A DNA stretch of 64,000 nucleotides from Candidatus Eiseniibacteriota bacterium (lineage in GTDB: Bacteria > Eisenbacteria > RBG-16-71-46), in assembly GCA_963707915.1 (NCBI GenBank), contig OY970178.1, positions 3,136,001 through 3,200,000 of the forward strand, written 5' to 3'. The notes below the pieces were generated by a model. That model saw nothing but the letters and a program-made list of their open reading frames with translations. It did no database searches and was not told the DNA's origin. Positions within the stretch are counted from its first letter, which is position 1. Each line of letters starts with the position of its first letter. This document shows positions 26,410 through 37,009 of the stretch, in pieces. A program made the translations under genes and the position numbers.

Positions 26410-27993
26410 TTGAGAAGGTCGCTGCCGCTCCTCCTCCTCCTGGCCCTGCTCCGCGCCGACGCGGTCCCAGCCGCCGCGCCGCCGCCGGCCGCGCCGCTGG
26501 AACTCTCGTTCTACTACGGCGTGGACCTGCGGAAGGACGAGGCGGTCCGCGAGCTCGAGCGGGTGTGGCGCCGCGCGGCGGCCGCCGGATACACGCGGGT
26601 GATGCTGGCCGACCTCCGCTTCGCCCGGCCGGACGAGATGGACGCGCACTACCGGGCGAACGCCGCGCGCGTGCGGAGCCTGGCGGGCGGTCTCGGGCTG
26701 GCGATCGTGCCCGGGGCCTTCCAAGTGGGGCGTTCCAACGTCATGCTGGGCCGCGATCCGAACCTGGCCGAGGGCCTGCCGGTGCGGCGCGCCCGTTTCG
26801 TGGTGCGCGGGGGCGAGGCGCGGCTGGTCGCCGATCCGCCGGTGTCGCTGCCCGGCCGGCCGGAGTGGGCGGATCCCGGCGTGCGGCTGGCCGGCGCGGT
26901 GGCCGTCAGCGTCGACAACCCGGGGCGCGCCCGCTTCCGCCTGCGAGTGCGCGTCGCCCCGTTCCGCTGCTACCGCGTGTCGGTCAAGGTGCGCAGCCGC
27001 GGCTTCTCCGGCGCGGCGCAGGTCAGCGCGGTGGGCGGCCGGCAGGCGCTGGACTTCCCCGGGCCGCTCGACGTCCGACCCACCCAGGACTGGCGCGGCT
27101 ACGACGTCGTCTTCAACTCGCTCGACCACCGCGAGGTCGAGGTGTACATGGGCCTGTGGAAGGCCGCGCGCGGCCGGCTCGAGTGGACCGACTGGCGGAT
27201 CGAGGAGGTCGGCCTGCTCAACGTGCTGCGCCGCCCCGGCGCGCCGTGCGTGGTCGAGGGCCGGGTCGAGGGTCGCGACTACGAACTCATCCGCGACCCC
27301 GCGCTCGAGCGGGCGCGCGGCGACGGAACGTACTCCGAATGGCACGAGCCGCCGCGGATCCGCACCCGGCTCCCCGACGGCACGGAGCTGCGGGTGTCCT
27401 GGTACCACCCGGCCTTCTTCTTCGGCGGGACGACGACCTGCTGCCCCTCGGAGCCCGGGACCTACGCCCTGCTGCGCGACGAGGCCGCGCGGCTGCGGGA
27501 GCTGTGGGGCGCCTCCGGCCGCCTGCTGATGCACAACGAGATCCGCTGCCTGGGCTGGGACGCCTCGTGCGCCGCGCAGGGCCGCACCGCCGGCGTGGTG
27601 CTGGCGGCGCACCTGCGGCGCTGCCGCGCATTGCTCGCCGGCGCGCAGGTCTACGCCTGGAGCGACCTGTTCGACCCGTTCCACAACGCCCACGACGGCT
27701 ACTACCTGGTGCACGGCGACCTGGCGCGCGCCTGGGAGGGGCTCGGTCGGGACGTCATCATCCTCAACTGGAACTTCGAGAACCGCGGCGAGTCGCTGCG
27801 CCTGTTCGCGCGGCGCGGCCAGCGCCAGGTCATCGCCGGCTACTACGACGGCGACCCCGCCGCGATCCGCGACGCGCTGGCCGCCGCGCGGGGCGTGCCG
27901 GGGATCGTCGGCGTGATGTACACGACCTGGCAGGGGCGCTACGACGATCTCGAGGAGTTCGCGCGGATCGTACGAGGGGCCGCGCGGGACTGA
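26410..27993 (+). CDS. Secreted hypothetical protein, glycoside hydrolase-like barrel with inserted beta/CBM-like region
   Basis: TTG start after GAAGGGAG; signal peptide; LMHNEIR, AWSDLFDPFHNA, ILNWN, IAGYYD and GVMYTTW resemble GH20-like barrel strands. Confidence 0.55.
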   Translation: MRRSLPLLLLLALLRADAVPAAAPPPAAPLELSFYYGVDLRKDEAVRELERVWRRAAAAGYTRVMLADLRFARPDEMDAHYRANAARVRSLAGGLGLAIVPGAFQVGRSNVMLGRDPNLAEGLPVRRARFVVRGGEARLVADPPVSLPGRPEWADPGVRLAGAVAVSVDNPGRARFRLRVRVAPFRCYRVSVKVRSRGFSGAAQVSAVGGRQALDFPGPLDVRPTQDWRGYDVVFNSLDHREVEVYMGLWKAARGRLEWTDWRIEEVGLLNVLRRPGAPCVVEGRVEGRDYELIRDPALERARGDGTYSEWHEPPRIRTRLPDGTELRVSWYHPAFFFGGTTTCCPSEPGTYALLRDEAARLRELWGASGRLLMHNEIRCLGWDASCAAQGRTAGVVLAAHLRRCRALLAGAQVYAWSDLFDPFHNAHDGYYLVHGDLARAWEGLGRDVIILNWNFENRGESLRLFARRGQRQVIAGYYDGDPAAIRDALAAARGVPGIVGVMYTTWQGRYDDLEEFARIVRGAARD

Positions 27994-28014
27994 CCGGGGC
28001 CCGGGGGACTGCGG

Positions 28015-28683
28015 TCAGGTCGTGCGGAACAGCGCGTGCCGGCGCAGTCCCTGGAACTCGTCGGTCTTCGCGATCCACGCGGCGCCGGCCAGCGCCTTCT
28101 CGAAGTGATCGGGATTCGAGGCGATCAGCGCGAGCCGGCGGGGGGCGCGCGCCAGCGAGCGGCGCAGGTTCTCGACCACCGCCGCGAGCACGGTCCCGAC
28201 GAACGGGTTGTAGACGAACAGGCAGGTCAGGTCGTCCGGGAACTCGTAGGCGGTCGCGTCCACGGTGACGAACCCGACGTCGCGGCAGCGCAGTCGCGGT
28301 CGCGCGGCCTCCAGGTTCCGTTCGGCGATGCGGGTCAGCACCGGCGAGATCTCGACCCCGATCACGCGGCGGAACGGGAAGCGCGCCGCGGCCAGCACGA
28401 TCCGGCCCTTGCCCGAGCCGCAGTCGAGGAACACGCCCCGACGTTCGTCGGCCGAGAGCCACCGCATCGACCGGTGGAAGTCGAGGTAGCTCTCCGGCGC
28501 GTAGTCGTGGTCGTCGCGATCCACGACGCCCTCCGTCTCCAGCCGGTAGCCGCCGAAGGAGCGGATGCCGAGCCGGCGCTCCCAGTACTCCGCGTGCAGC
28601 CGGTGCACGGCGTAGCGCAGCGAGGGCGCGGGCCCCTCGCGCCGCAGCCTGTCGAGGATCCGGACGGGAGACGGGAACGGCAT
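28015..28683 (-). CDS. Class I SAM-dependent methyltransferase
   Basis: FLDCGSGKGR, VIGVEIS, VDAT, FVYNPF. Confidence 0.85.
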   Translation of the reverse strand: MPFPSPVRILDRLRREGPAPSLRYAVHRLHAEYWERRLGIRSFGGYRLETEGVVDRDDHDYAPESYLDFHRSMRWLSADERRGVFLDCGSGKGRIVLAAARFPFRRVIGVEISPVLTRIAERNLEAARPRLRCRDVGFVTVDATAYEFPDDLTCLFVYNPFVGTVLAAVVENLRRSLARAPRRLALIASNPDHFEKALAGAAWIAKTDEFQGLRRHALFRTT

Positions 28684-28958
28684 GCACGGCCTCCGATGAC
28701 GGCGCTTCCGGCCCCGGGAACTCCCGGCGGACGCGAGCCGGAGCGGGCGCGCGCGAGGATCGCCATCGTCCGCGCGCGCCGGCGAGTCTAGCCCGCCGCC
28801 CGGCCGCTGCTCAAGGCGGGGGCGCCGTTCCCGCCGCCGCGCGCGCTCGGCGGGACACCGCGCCCGGCGCCGCCGCGCCGCATGACGGAGGGGGGGGCGC
28901 ATGCTATCCTGCGGTCCCTTTCTGACCCGCATGCGGCCCGCCGCGAGAGGATCCGGGC

Positions 28959-29351
28959 ATGGTGACTCGACCGCCGAAACGCAGGTTCTTCGTGCTCTTC
29001 ATGGGCTTCTGGCTGCCGGTGCTGGCCTACGTCAGTCTCATCTTCGTCGTCAGCGCGCAGCCGAACCTGCAGTCCCCGCTCACGTTCACGAACGGGGACA
29101 AGGTCGCGCACGTGTGCGAGTACGTCCTGCTGGGGCTCCTGCTGGTGCGGGCGCTGCGCGCGACCCTGCGGGTGAGCCGCCCGCTCTTCGCCGCCATGAT
29201 CGCGATCGCCCTGGTGGTGGCGGTGGGCGCGGGGGACGAGTTCCTCCAGTCGTTCATCCCGGGCCGGACGTCGGACATCTTCGACCTGCTGGCCGACGTG
29301 GTGGGTGGGGGAATCGCCCAGCTCGTCTACGTGACGTTCGTGAGGAGCTGA
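28959..29351 (+). CDS. VanZ family membrane protein
   Basis: DKVAHVCEY, DEFLQSFIPGR..DIFDLLAD. Confidence 0.9.
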   Translation: MVTRPPKRRFFVLFMGFWLPVLAYVSLIFVVSAQPNLQSPLTFTNGDKVAHVCEYVLLGLLLVRALRATLRVSRPLFAAMIAIALVVAVGAGDEFLQSFIPGRTSDIFDLLADVVGGGIAQLVYVTFVRS

Positions 29352-29354
29352 CCC

Positions 29355-30671
29355 ATGGCACCCAGGTTCCAGGCCCCGCGCGGCACCCGCGACCTGCTGC
29401 CCGAGGACCTCGGCCGCTGGCAGTGGGCGGAGGCCCGGGCCCGCGGCGTGCTCGAGCGGTACGGCTACGGCGAGATCCGCACGCCGCTGTTCGAGGACTT
29501 CGAGCTCTTCGCCCGCACCTCGGGCGAGTCGAGCGACGTCGTGCAGAAGGAGATGTACCGCTTCAAGGACCTCGGCGAGCGCGACCTCGCGCTGCGGCCC
29601 GAGTTCACCGCGGGCGTGATGCGGGCCTACCTGGAGCGCGGCCTCGGCGGGCGCACCCGCATCCACCGGCTGTGGAGCGCGGGCCCGGTGTTCCGCTACG
29701 GCCGGCCGCAGAAGGGCCGCTACCGGCAGTTCTCGCAGGTCAACTGCGAGCTGGTGGGCTCGGCCGCGCCGGGCGCGGACGTGGAGATGATCACGCTCTT
29801 CGTGGACCTCTACGAGGCCTGGGGCTTCCGCGACCTGGTCGTGGTGCTGAACAGCGTCGGGCAGCCGGCCTCGCGTCGCGCCTACGGCGACCGCCTGCGC
29901 GAGTGGCTCGCGCCGGCGCACGGGCGGCTGAGCGCCGACTCGCAGCAGCGCCTGGTCGTGAACCCGCTGCGGGTGCTCGACACCAAGGACGAGGGCGACC
30001 TGGCGTTGTTCCGCGAGCTGGGCGAGGTGCCGCGCATGCTCGACGCCATCGACGAGGCCGACCGCGCGCACTGGGAGGCGGTGCTCGCCGGGCTCGCGTC
30101 CGCGGGCGTCGCCTACGAGGTGGACCACGGGCTGGTGCGCGGGCTCGACTACTACACCCGTACCGCCTTCGAGGTGCACGACCGTTCGCTCGGCGCGCAG
30201 AGCGCGCTGGGGGGCGGCGGGCGCTACGACGGGCTGATCGCCGAGCTGGGCGGCCCGCCCACGCCGGGCGTGGGCTTCGCCATCGGGCTCGACCGCGCCA
30301 TGCTGGTGCTGGAGGAGCGCGGCGCCGCGGTCCCCGCGCCGCCCGCCGGCGTGTTCGTCGCGGCGATGGAGGCCACGCACGGTGCCGCGCTCGCGCTGGC
30401 GCGCGAGCTGAGGCGCCGCTTCGCGGTGGACCTCGACGTCGAGGCGCGCGGCTTCGGCGCGCAGATGAAGGCGGCCGGCAAGAGCGGCGCGCGGCTGCTG
30501 GTCATCCTCGGGGAGGAGGAGTGGGCGCGCGGCGAGGTGGCGGTGAAGGACCTCGCCAGCGGCACGCAGGAGACGGTCGCCCGCGCGGGCCTGGCGGAGG
30601 CCCTCGGCGCGCGATTGGCGCAGGCACCCGCGCCCGCCCGCGGCGGCGCGAAGGAGACGGGAACGCCATGA
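29355..30671 (+). CDS. hisS: Histidine--tRNA ligase
   Basis: PRGTRD, LRPEFTA, FRYGRPQKGRYRQF, LVRGLDYY, GGGRYDGL. Confidence 0.97.
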   Translation: MAPRFQAPRGTRDLLPEDLGRWQWAEARARGVLERYGYGEIRTPLFEDFELFARTSGESSDVVQKEMYRFKDLGERDLALRPEFTAGVMRAYLERGLGGRTRIHRLWSAGPVFRYGRPQKGRYRQFSQVNCELVGSAAPGADVEMITLFVDLYEAWGFRDLVVVLNSVGQPASRRAYGDRLREWLAPAHGRLSADSQQRLVVNPLRVLDTKDEGDLALFRELGEVPRMLDAIDEADRAHWEAVLAGLASAGVAYEVDHGLVRGLDYYTRTAFEVHDRSLGAQSALGGGGRYDGLIAELGGPPTPGVGFAIGLDRAMLVLEERGAAVPAPPAGVFVAAMEATHGAALALARELRRRFAVDLDVEARGFGAQMKAAGKSGARLLVILGEEEWARGEVAVKDLASGTQETVARAGLAEALGARLAQAPAPARGGAKETGTP

Positions 30672-32473
30672 CGGAGCCTCAAGGCATCGTGCTCGAAGAC
30701 CTCGGCGGCTGGCGCCGCTCGCACACCTGCGGCGAGCTGCGCCGCTCCCACGCGGACGCCACCGCCACGCTGATGGGCTGGGTGCACCGGGTGCGCGACC
30801 ACGGCGGCGTGCTGTTCGTGGACCTGCGCGACCGGCACGGGCTCACGCAGATCGTCTTCCGCCCCGAGACCGGCGGCGGGGCGCTGCTCGAGCGCGCCAC
30901 GCGCCTGGGGCTCGAGTACGTGGTCGCGGTGAAGGGCGTCGTGGCCGCGCGCCCGGCGGAGGCCCGCAACGCCGAGATGCCGACCGGCGAGATCGAGCTG
31001 GACGTGCGCGAGCTGAAGACGCTGGCCGCCTCGGACCCGCTGCCGGTGCTGCCCAGCGAGGAGGTCAACCTCGCCAACGAGGACCTGCGCCTGCGCTACC
31101 GCTACCTCGACCTGCGCCGCCCCGAGTTGTCGCGGGTGCTGGCATTGCGCCACCGGGCCGCGCAGGCCGCCCGCTCGCACCTCTCGGCGGCGGGTTTCCT
31201 CGAGGTCGAGACCCCGCTGCTGGTCAAGCCGACGCCCGAGGGCGCGCGCGACTACGTGGTGCCCAGCCGCGTGCACCCGGGCACGTTCTACGCCCTGCCC
31301 CAGTCGCCGCAGCTCTACAAGCAGACGCTGATGATCGCCGGCGTGGACCGCTACTTCCAGCTCGCGCGCTGCCTGCGCGACGAGGACCTGCGGGCGGACC
31401 GCCAGCCCGAGCACACCCAGATCGACCTCGAGATGTCCTTCGTCGACGAGGAGCAGGTGTTCGAGGCGGTCGAAGGCCTGTTCGTGGCGCTGTGGAAGGA
31501 CGTGCTCGGCATCGAGGTCCCGCGCCCCTTCCAGCGGCTGACCTTCCGCGAGGCGATGGGCCGCTACGGCAGCGACAAGCCCGACCTGCGCTTCGGGCTC
31601 GAGTTCCACGACGTGACCGCGATCCTGGCGCGCTCGCCGCGCAACGTGGTCGCCGGTCCGGCGCAGGCCGAGGGCGGCACCGGCGTGGCGCTGACCCTGC
31701 CGGGCGGCGCGGCGGTCTCGGGTTCTCAGCTGCGCAAGTACGAGGAGGTCGTGAAGGGCGCGGGCGCGGCGGGGCTGGGGTTCCTGAAGGTGCTGCCAGC
31801 CGAGCGGGCGAAGGCCGAGGCGGTCTTCCCGGGGGCGCTGCTCGACGAGTTGTTCGCGGCGGCCAGCGCGCGGGAGGGCGACGCGGTGCTCTACACCTCG
31901 GGCCCGTGGGAGCCCACGCTCAAGGCGCTGGGCGTGCTGCGCAGCCAGCTCGGCCAGCCGCTGGTCAAGGGGAAGGAGCGCGAGTGGCGCTTCCTCTGGG
32001 TGCGCGACTTCCCGCTCTTCGAGTGGGACGAGGGGGCGGGCCGCTGGGCGCCGCGCCACCACATGTTCACCATGCCCAAGCCGGAGCACCTCGGCTTCCT
32101 CGAGAGCGATCCGGGCAAGGTCTACGCCACGCTCTACGACCTGGTCCTGAACGGGACCGAGCTGGGCTCGGGCTCGATGCGCATCCACCGGCCCGACATC
32201 CAGGAGCGCGTGATGAAGGTGGTGGGGCTCTCGCGCGAGCAGGCGCACGCCAAGTTCGGCTTCCTGCTCGAGGCCTATCGCTACGCGGCGCCGCCGCACG
32301 GCGGCATCGGGCTGGGTTTCGACCGGATCGTCATGCTCATGGCCGGGCGCGACAACATCCGCGACACCATCGCCTTCCCCAAGACCACCACCGCCGCGAG
32401 CCTGATGGACGGCTGCCCGAGCGAGGTGGAGCCGGAGATCTGGAAGGAGCTGCACCTCAAGCCGCAGGAGTAG
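30668..32473 (+). CDS. aspS: Aspartate--tRNA ligase
   Basis: RSHTCGEL, RDHGG..FVDLRD, PEGARDY, LPQSPQLYKQ, PPHGGIGLGFDR, IAFPKT. Confidence 0.97.
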   Translation: MTEPQGIVLEDLGGWRRSHTCGELRRSHADATATLMGWVHRVRDHGGVLFVDLRDRHGLTQIVFRPETGGGALLERATRLGLEYVVAVKGVVAARPAEARNAEMPTGEIELDVRELKTLAASDPLPVLPSEEVNLANEDLRLRYRYLDLRRPELSRVLALRHRAAQAARSHLSAAGFLEVETPLLVKPTPEGARDYVVPSRVHPGTFYALPQSPQLYKQTLMIAGVDRYFQLARCLRDEDLRADRQPEHTQIDLEMSFVDEEQVFEAVEGLFVALWKDVLGIEVPRPFQRLTFREAMGRYGSDKPDLRFGLEFHDVTAILARSPRNVVAGPAQAEGGTGVALTLPGGAAVSGSQLRKYEEVVKGAGAAGLGFLKVLPAERAKAEAVFPGALLDELFAAASAREGDAVLYTSGPWEPTLKALGVLRSQLGQPLVKGKEREWRFLWVRDFPLFEWDEGAGRWAPRHHMFTMPKPEHLGFLESDPGKVYATLYDLVLNGTELGSGSMRIHRPDIQERVMKVVGLSREQAHAKFGFLLEAYRYAAPPHGGIGLGFDRIVMLMAGRDNIRDTIAFPKTTTAASLMDGCPSEVEPEIWKELHLKPQE

Positions 32474-32514
32474 CGGCGGAGCGGAAGCGCGCGGCCCGGT
32501 ATGGAGCAGGAAGC

Positions 32515-32541
32515 GGCCCGGGGCTCGACGAGCCCCGGGCC
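32515..32541. terminator. Probable bidirectional terminator hairpin
   Basis: GGCCCGGGGCTCG-A-CGAGCCCCGGGCC between convergent genes. Confidence 0.6.
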
Positions 32542-32564
32542 TTCGCCTGGCGCGGCGCTTCGGC

Positions 32565-33149
32565 CTACGGCTTCGCCGGCATCGCGTCTGCGGGCCTGGG
32601 ACCGCGGCCCGAGCGGGCGTCCTGCGCGCCGTCGAGCAGTCGCCGGGCGTGGTCCAGCGCGGCGGTCGCCTCGTAGTCCGCGAGCCACGTCCCGACGTTG
32701 CCGACCGTCTTGCTCGCGGCCACCAGCCCGCCGTGGTCGTCGAACAGCATGGCGCGCTGGAATGGCACGAGGCGGGGCGTGCTGTCGACGGGCGCCATGC
32801 CCGTCTCGACGGCGAGACGCGGCACGCCCCGCTCGAAGTAGTAGCGGTTCGAGTGCGAGCCCCGCGCCCCGAGACCCAGGTCCTCGTGGATGACGCGCAC
32901 CCCGCCGCGGTCGAGCCAGGCCGCGTAGGTCGAGGTCCCGGCGGGTTGGGCGAACTCGCCCTCCACCCGCTGCAGCGAGTCGAGCACGCCGTCCATGGAA
33001 TCGGCGCGCGCGCGCCAGGCGGAGAGCGAGTCCGCGGCCGTGCGCGGGCCGTGCGCGGCGTCGCGGCGCGCGCCGCAGCCCGAGCTGGCGGCCAGCAGGC
33101 CCGCGACCAGCAGGGTGAGGAGGGCGAGGGCGGCGGGTCGTCGGATCAT
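32565..33149 (-). CDS. Hypothetical lipoprotein
   Basis: GAAGGAG RBS; MIRR plus hydrophobic stretch and SSGC lipobox-like motif. Confidence 0.6.
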   Translation of the reverse strand: MIRRPAALALLTLLVAGLLAASSGCGARRDAAHGPRTAADSLSAWRARADSMDGVLDSLQRVEGEFAQPAGTSTYAAWLDRGGVRVIHEDLGLGARGSHSNRYYFERGVPRLAVETGMAPVDSTPRLVPFQRAMLFDDHGGLVAASKTVGNVGTWLADYEATAALDHARRLLDGAQDARSGRGPRPADAMPAKP

Positions 33150-33349
33150 GTCGGCGGCTCCTTCGGCGGCCCGGGCGCCCGCGAGGTGACGGGGCCCCGG
33201 GGCGCGCCTATCATGGCAGGCGTGTGCCGGAGGCGGCGTTCGGGGAAGTGCCCGCGAATCCACCTCCGGGCGGAACGACTCCAACCTTTCGTGATGGCCG
33301 CGGGTCCCGGCCGGTTCGCGGCGGGCGGCCTGCAGCCGGGGAGGAAGAG

Positions 33350-33538
33350 ATGAAGCCGAACGTCGGAAGCCTGGACAAGGCGGTTCGCATCATCGTGGGG
33401 CTCGGGTTGCTGAGCCTGGTCTTCATCGGCCCGCGCACGCCGTGGGGCTGGATCGGGATCATCCCGCTGATCACCGGCTTCATCGGGGTCTGCCCGCTCT
33501 ACGCGCCGTTCCGCATCGACACGCGCAAGACCCGCTGA
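33350..33538 (+). CDS. DUF2892 (YgaP-like) membrane protein
   Basis: MKPNVGSLDKAVRIIVG...PLITGFIGVCPLY..F.IDT. Confidence 0.88.
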   Translation: MKPNVGSLDKAVRIIVGLGLLSLVFIGPRTPWGWIGIIPLITGFIGVCPLYAPFRIDTRKTR

Positions 33539-33592
33539 GCGGGCGCATTCGCACCAGCCGGCCGGCCGGGCGCCGCGGCATGCCCGCCACGC

Positions 33593-35536
33593 CTACTTCT
33601 GCGCGACGCCCAGCGCCATCAGCGCGCTGATGAGCACCGCCATCAGGCTCTCGCCCGCGATCAGGCCCGAGGCGATGGGCACGACGTACTCCTCGGCCGT
33701 CCGGCGCCGGATCTGCTCGAACAGGAACACCAGCAGCGCGCCCGCGAACATCGAGATCGAGATGAACCCGGGCATGACGAAGGCGAGGCCCAGCCCCATC
33801 GGCGAAGGGATCCAGGCCTTGGCCCGCGGGAACGCCTTCTCGAGCAGCGGCAGCACCAGGCCCACCACCGCGCCGGCGAGCGCGCCCACGCGCGCGGTGT
33901 GGTGCAGCGACTCCAGGCCGTGCGAGAGCAACTCGGCCACGCCCTTCCAGACCACCGCCATCGAGGCCGGGAAGTGCTCGCCGCCGAGCACGGAGGCGTC
34001 CGGCACGAGCAGCGCCCAGGCCAGCCCCACGACCAGCGCGCCGGGCACGATGCCCGCGAGCTGCGCGAGGAATTGCTGGCGGGCGTTCGCGCCGAGCAGG
34101 TAGCCGCTCTTCAGGTCGGTGAGCAGGTCGGCCGCGCAGCCCGAGGCGTTGGCCGTGACCGAGGCGGTCATCAGGTTGGCGGTCATGTTCTGGGGAGCCA
34201 GCACGCCGTAGGTCAGCTGGGTCACCTTGCCGAGCGCGCCGGTCGGCGTGGTGTCGGTCTCGCCGGTGGCGCGGCAGGCCACCACGCTCAGCACGAAGGT
34301 GAGCAGCACCGCGACCACGCCCAGCCCGACCGGGATGTGCCAGATGAGCTTCTGCATCGCCACCACGCCCACCATGCCGAACAGGAACAGGCCGAGGAAC
34401 CAGGAGTTCGGCACCTCGATGGCGGCGAGCGGGTCGTCCGGCGCGGCCCGGCGCCGCGGCGCGAGCCACGTGAACGAGCGGCCGATGGTCCGCCAGCTGA
34501 AGCCGAGCGTGACGAAGCTCGAGACCACCATGATGGGGACCCCGGTCCACAGGCTCCAGCGCGCGATGTCGCCGAAGCCGAGCCCGCGCGCCGGGTCGGC
34601 GGCGACGATCACGCCGGCGCGCGCCATCATCGGGGCGAGGACGAGGTAGTTCACCAGCGCGCCCAGCAGCAGGCTCCAGCCCACGCGGAAGCCGATCAGC
34701 GCCCCGGCCCCGAGCGTGATGAGCCCCATGTCCCAGCGCAGGCTGAGTCCCGCGAGCGGGATTCCGGAGACGGCCAGCCGGCCGAAGGGGAGCGTGGCCG
34801 GCAGGTTCCAGGGCATGAACGTGAACGTGGCGTCGCGCAGCCACGCCACCGCCGCGCCCAGCAGGCCGGCCACGCCCAGCGCCCGCGCCTTGAGCAGCGC
34901 CGCGCCGCCGCGCGAGTGCAGGCTGCGCAGCGTCTCGGCGGCGGCCGTGCCGCTGGGGAACTTGAGCTGCTCGACGTTGATCATCTGGCGCTTCAGGGGC
35001 ACCGCCATGGCCACGCCGATGACCGCCAGGAACACGTTCCAGCCGAACAGCGTCCAGAAGTCCATCTGCTGGCCGGTGATCATGAGCATGGCCGCGATCG
35101 CCGAGGCCATGGTGCCGCCCACCGAGAAGCCCGCCGCGTTGGCGGTGGACTGCATGCAGTTGTTCTCGAGGATGCAGAAGTCGGTGCGCACCACGCTCGG
35201 CAACAGCACGCGCAGGCCGCGCCAGATGGAGTAGGACAGGATGCAGGCGGTGATGGCCACGCTCGAGGTGAAGCCGATGCGCAGCGCGACGTAGAGGTTG
35301 GTGAGCGCCATGACGCCGCCGAGCAGGGCGCCCATCACGATCGCCCGCACGGTGAGCTGGGGCAGCGTGTCGCCGGCGCCCCGGTAGACGGTCTCGTACC
35401 ACTCGCGCTCGATCGCCTCGGCGGAGCGGGCACGCTCGCTGCCCGGCGAGTCCGGGTCGGGCTCGTGCGTGGGGATCCCGGTCAGCGGGTTCAGTCCCGT
35501 GACGTCCTGGTGTGCGCTCGCTTCCGTCGCGGCCAT
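33593..35536 (-). CDS. OPT family oligopeptide transporter
   Basis: QLTVRA, ILENNCMQS, LKFPSGTAAAE, GETDTTP, DLKSGYLLGA, ASGLIAGES. Confidence 0.92.
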   Translation of the reverse strand: MAATEASAHQDVTGLNPLTGIPTHEPDPDSPGSERARSAEAIEREWYETVYRGAGDTLPQLTVRAIVMGALLGGVMALTNLYVALRIGFTSSVAITACILSYSIWRGLRVLLPSVVRTDFCILENNCMQSTANAAGFSVGGTMASAIAAMLMITGQQMDFWTLFGWNVFLAVIGVAMAVPLKRQMINVEQLKFPSGTAAAETLRSLHSRGGAALLKARALGVAGLLGAAVAWLRDATFTFMPWNLPATLPFGRLAVSGIPLAGLSLRWDMGLITLGAGALIGFRVGWSLLLGALVNYLVLAPMMARAGVIVAADPARGLGFGDIARWSLWTGVPIMVVSSFVTLGFSWRTIGRSFTWLAPRRRAAPDDPLAAIEVPNSWFLGLFLFGMVGVVAMQKLIWHIPVGLGVVAVLLTFVLSVVACRATGETDTTPTGALGKVTQLTYGVLAPQNMTANLMTASVTANASGCAADLLTDLKSGYLLGANARQQFLAQLAGIVPGALVVGLAWALLVPDASVLGGEHFPASMAVVWKGVAELLSHGLESLHHTARVGALAGAVVGLVLPLLEKAFPRAKAWIPSPMGLGLAFVMPGFISISMFAGALLVFLFEQIRRRTAEEYVVPIASGLIAGESLMAVLISALMALGVAQK

Positions 35537-35565
35537 GCGGTCCCTCCCTGGGCGGCCGTCCGAGA

Positions 35566-36894
35566 CTACGGGTATGTCCGCGCCCGCGCCAGCCGGCGGG
35601 CCAGGGCGCGGGAGGCGGCCAGGATCCCGCCGCAACCGTAGATGATGACGAAGGAGTCCAGCGGCAGGCGGAACCGCACCTTGGACAGGATGACGGCGTG
35701 CACCGCCGTGTACACCAGGAACAGGAGCAGGACGAGCACCGCCACCCGGCTCCTGCGCAGCGACCCGAGGAGCCAGGCCAGCGCGAAGGGCAGGAGCAGC
35801 CCGTAGGAGAGGAGGCTGGCGAGCCGCTCGAGCCCGAGACGCGGCCGGTCGTCGGTCATCGGCCGGGGATAGAGCGCCCAGAGCTCCAGCGACTTGTCGA
35901 GCGAGAGCCTGAGGAAGCGCGGGACGTCGGCCGCGATGTAGCCGAGTGCCCGCCGGTTGAACGCGGAGTCCCGCGTCGCCTCGTTGCCGGGGAGGTCCCA
36001 GACGCTCCGGGCCTCCTCCTCCATCCCCGCCACTTCGTCCCGGTTGCCGGTCGAGGCCCTCACGCCCGGGTGGTTGCCGAGCCAGAGGTTGTAGCCGCCG
36101 TTGGTGGAGACCAGCACCGGGTGCCCAAAGGCGCGCTGGTTGCGGGCGACCCAGGTGCCGAGCACGACGACGATGGGAAGCAGGCAGGCGAGCGCGAGCC
36201 GCAGGCTCCGCCCGTGGCCGCGGCGGGGCGCATCGCTCCGGCGCCACGCCATCCACAGGGCGACCAGCACGAACGCCGGCAGCGCCGAGGCGGCCACCAG
36301 CGTGGCCCACGCCCCCAGCAGGCCGGCGCCCGCGGCCGCGGCGACCGAGTCCCGTTCCACCGCCACGAGCGCCAGCAGGACCCCGCCGGCGATGAGCGCG
36401 ACCTGCAGGGTGACCGGCATGTCGGCGCCGGTGGAGTAGACGTAGAGCGGGTACACCGCGGTCGCCAGCGCGGCCAGGCGGGCGCCGGCGCTGTCCAGCA
36501 CCCTGCGGGCGATGCCGTGGACCACGGCCACGGTGCCCGCGCCGAGCAGGCACTGCGCCACGCGAACGGCGAGGATGTCCGCGCCGAAGAAACGGTAGAT
36601 CGTGGCCAGGAAGAGCGGGTAGCCCGGGGGCCAGTAGGCGGTCGGCCGGCCCTTGGGGGTCAGGTAGGAGCCGTGCTCGACCAGCCCCTGCGCCAGGCGG
36701 GAGTAGTTCTCGCCGTCGAACCAGTAGCTCCGCGGCTCGAGCGTGAGCACGTAGGCGAGGCGGACGAGGAACGCCAGCAGGCAGAGCGCCGCCAGGACGA
36801 CGAGCTCGCGGTCGGGGCCGGTCCTGCCGGGCGCCGGGGGCGCGGGTGACGACGATCGCTTCCGCGCCCTCGCGTCATCGAAGTCCTCTTCCAT
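35566..36894 (-). CDS. GT-C fold glycosyltransferase (ArnT/PMT-like, family 39)
   Basis: Multi-TM; FDGENY, PTAYWPPGYPLFLA, STNGGYNLWLGN, RFRLP. Confidence 0.8.
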   Translation of the reverse strand: MEEDFDDARARKRSSSPAPPAPGRTGPDRELVVLAALCLLAFLVRLAYVLTLEPRSYWFDGENYSRLAQGLVEHGSYLTPKGRPTAYWPPGYPLFLATIYRFFGADILAVRVAQCLLGAGTVAVVHGIARRVLDSAGARLAALATAVYPLYVYSTGADMPVTLQVALIAGGVLLALVAVERDSVAAAAGAGLLGAWATLVAASALPAFVLVALWMAWRRSDAPRRGHGRSLRLALACLLPIVVVLGTWVARNQRAFGHPVLVSTNGGYNLWLGNHPGVRASTGNRDEVAGMEEEARSVWDLPGNEATRDSAFNRRALGYIAADVPRFLRLSLDKSLELWALYPRPMTDDRPRLGLERLASLLSYGLLLPFALAWLLGSLRRSRVAVLVLLLFLVYTAVHAVILSKVRFRLPLDSFVIIYGCGGILAASRALARRLARARTYP

Positions 36895-37009
36895 CGGGCT
36901 CCATCCTGTCCTGTGCACGCCCGTCCGACCGGGCGGTGGCGCGTCGGCCGCGTTCCCGTCGGCCGCGGGGCGGGCCGTGTCCCGGGTGACGCGCGACCGC
37001 GCGATCTCC

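Noticed and set aside
28901..32473. 1190-aa aspS fusion, and similar long N-extensions (33593-36553, 45096-48158, 61033-63792)
   Set aside because: The extensions are shadow frames over neighbouring genes; real starts lie downstream at RBS or overlap positions.
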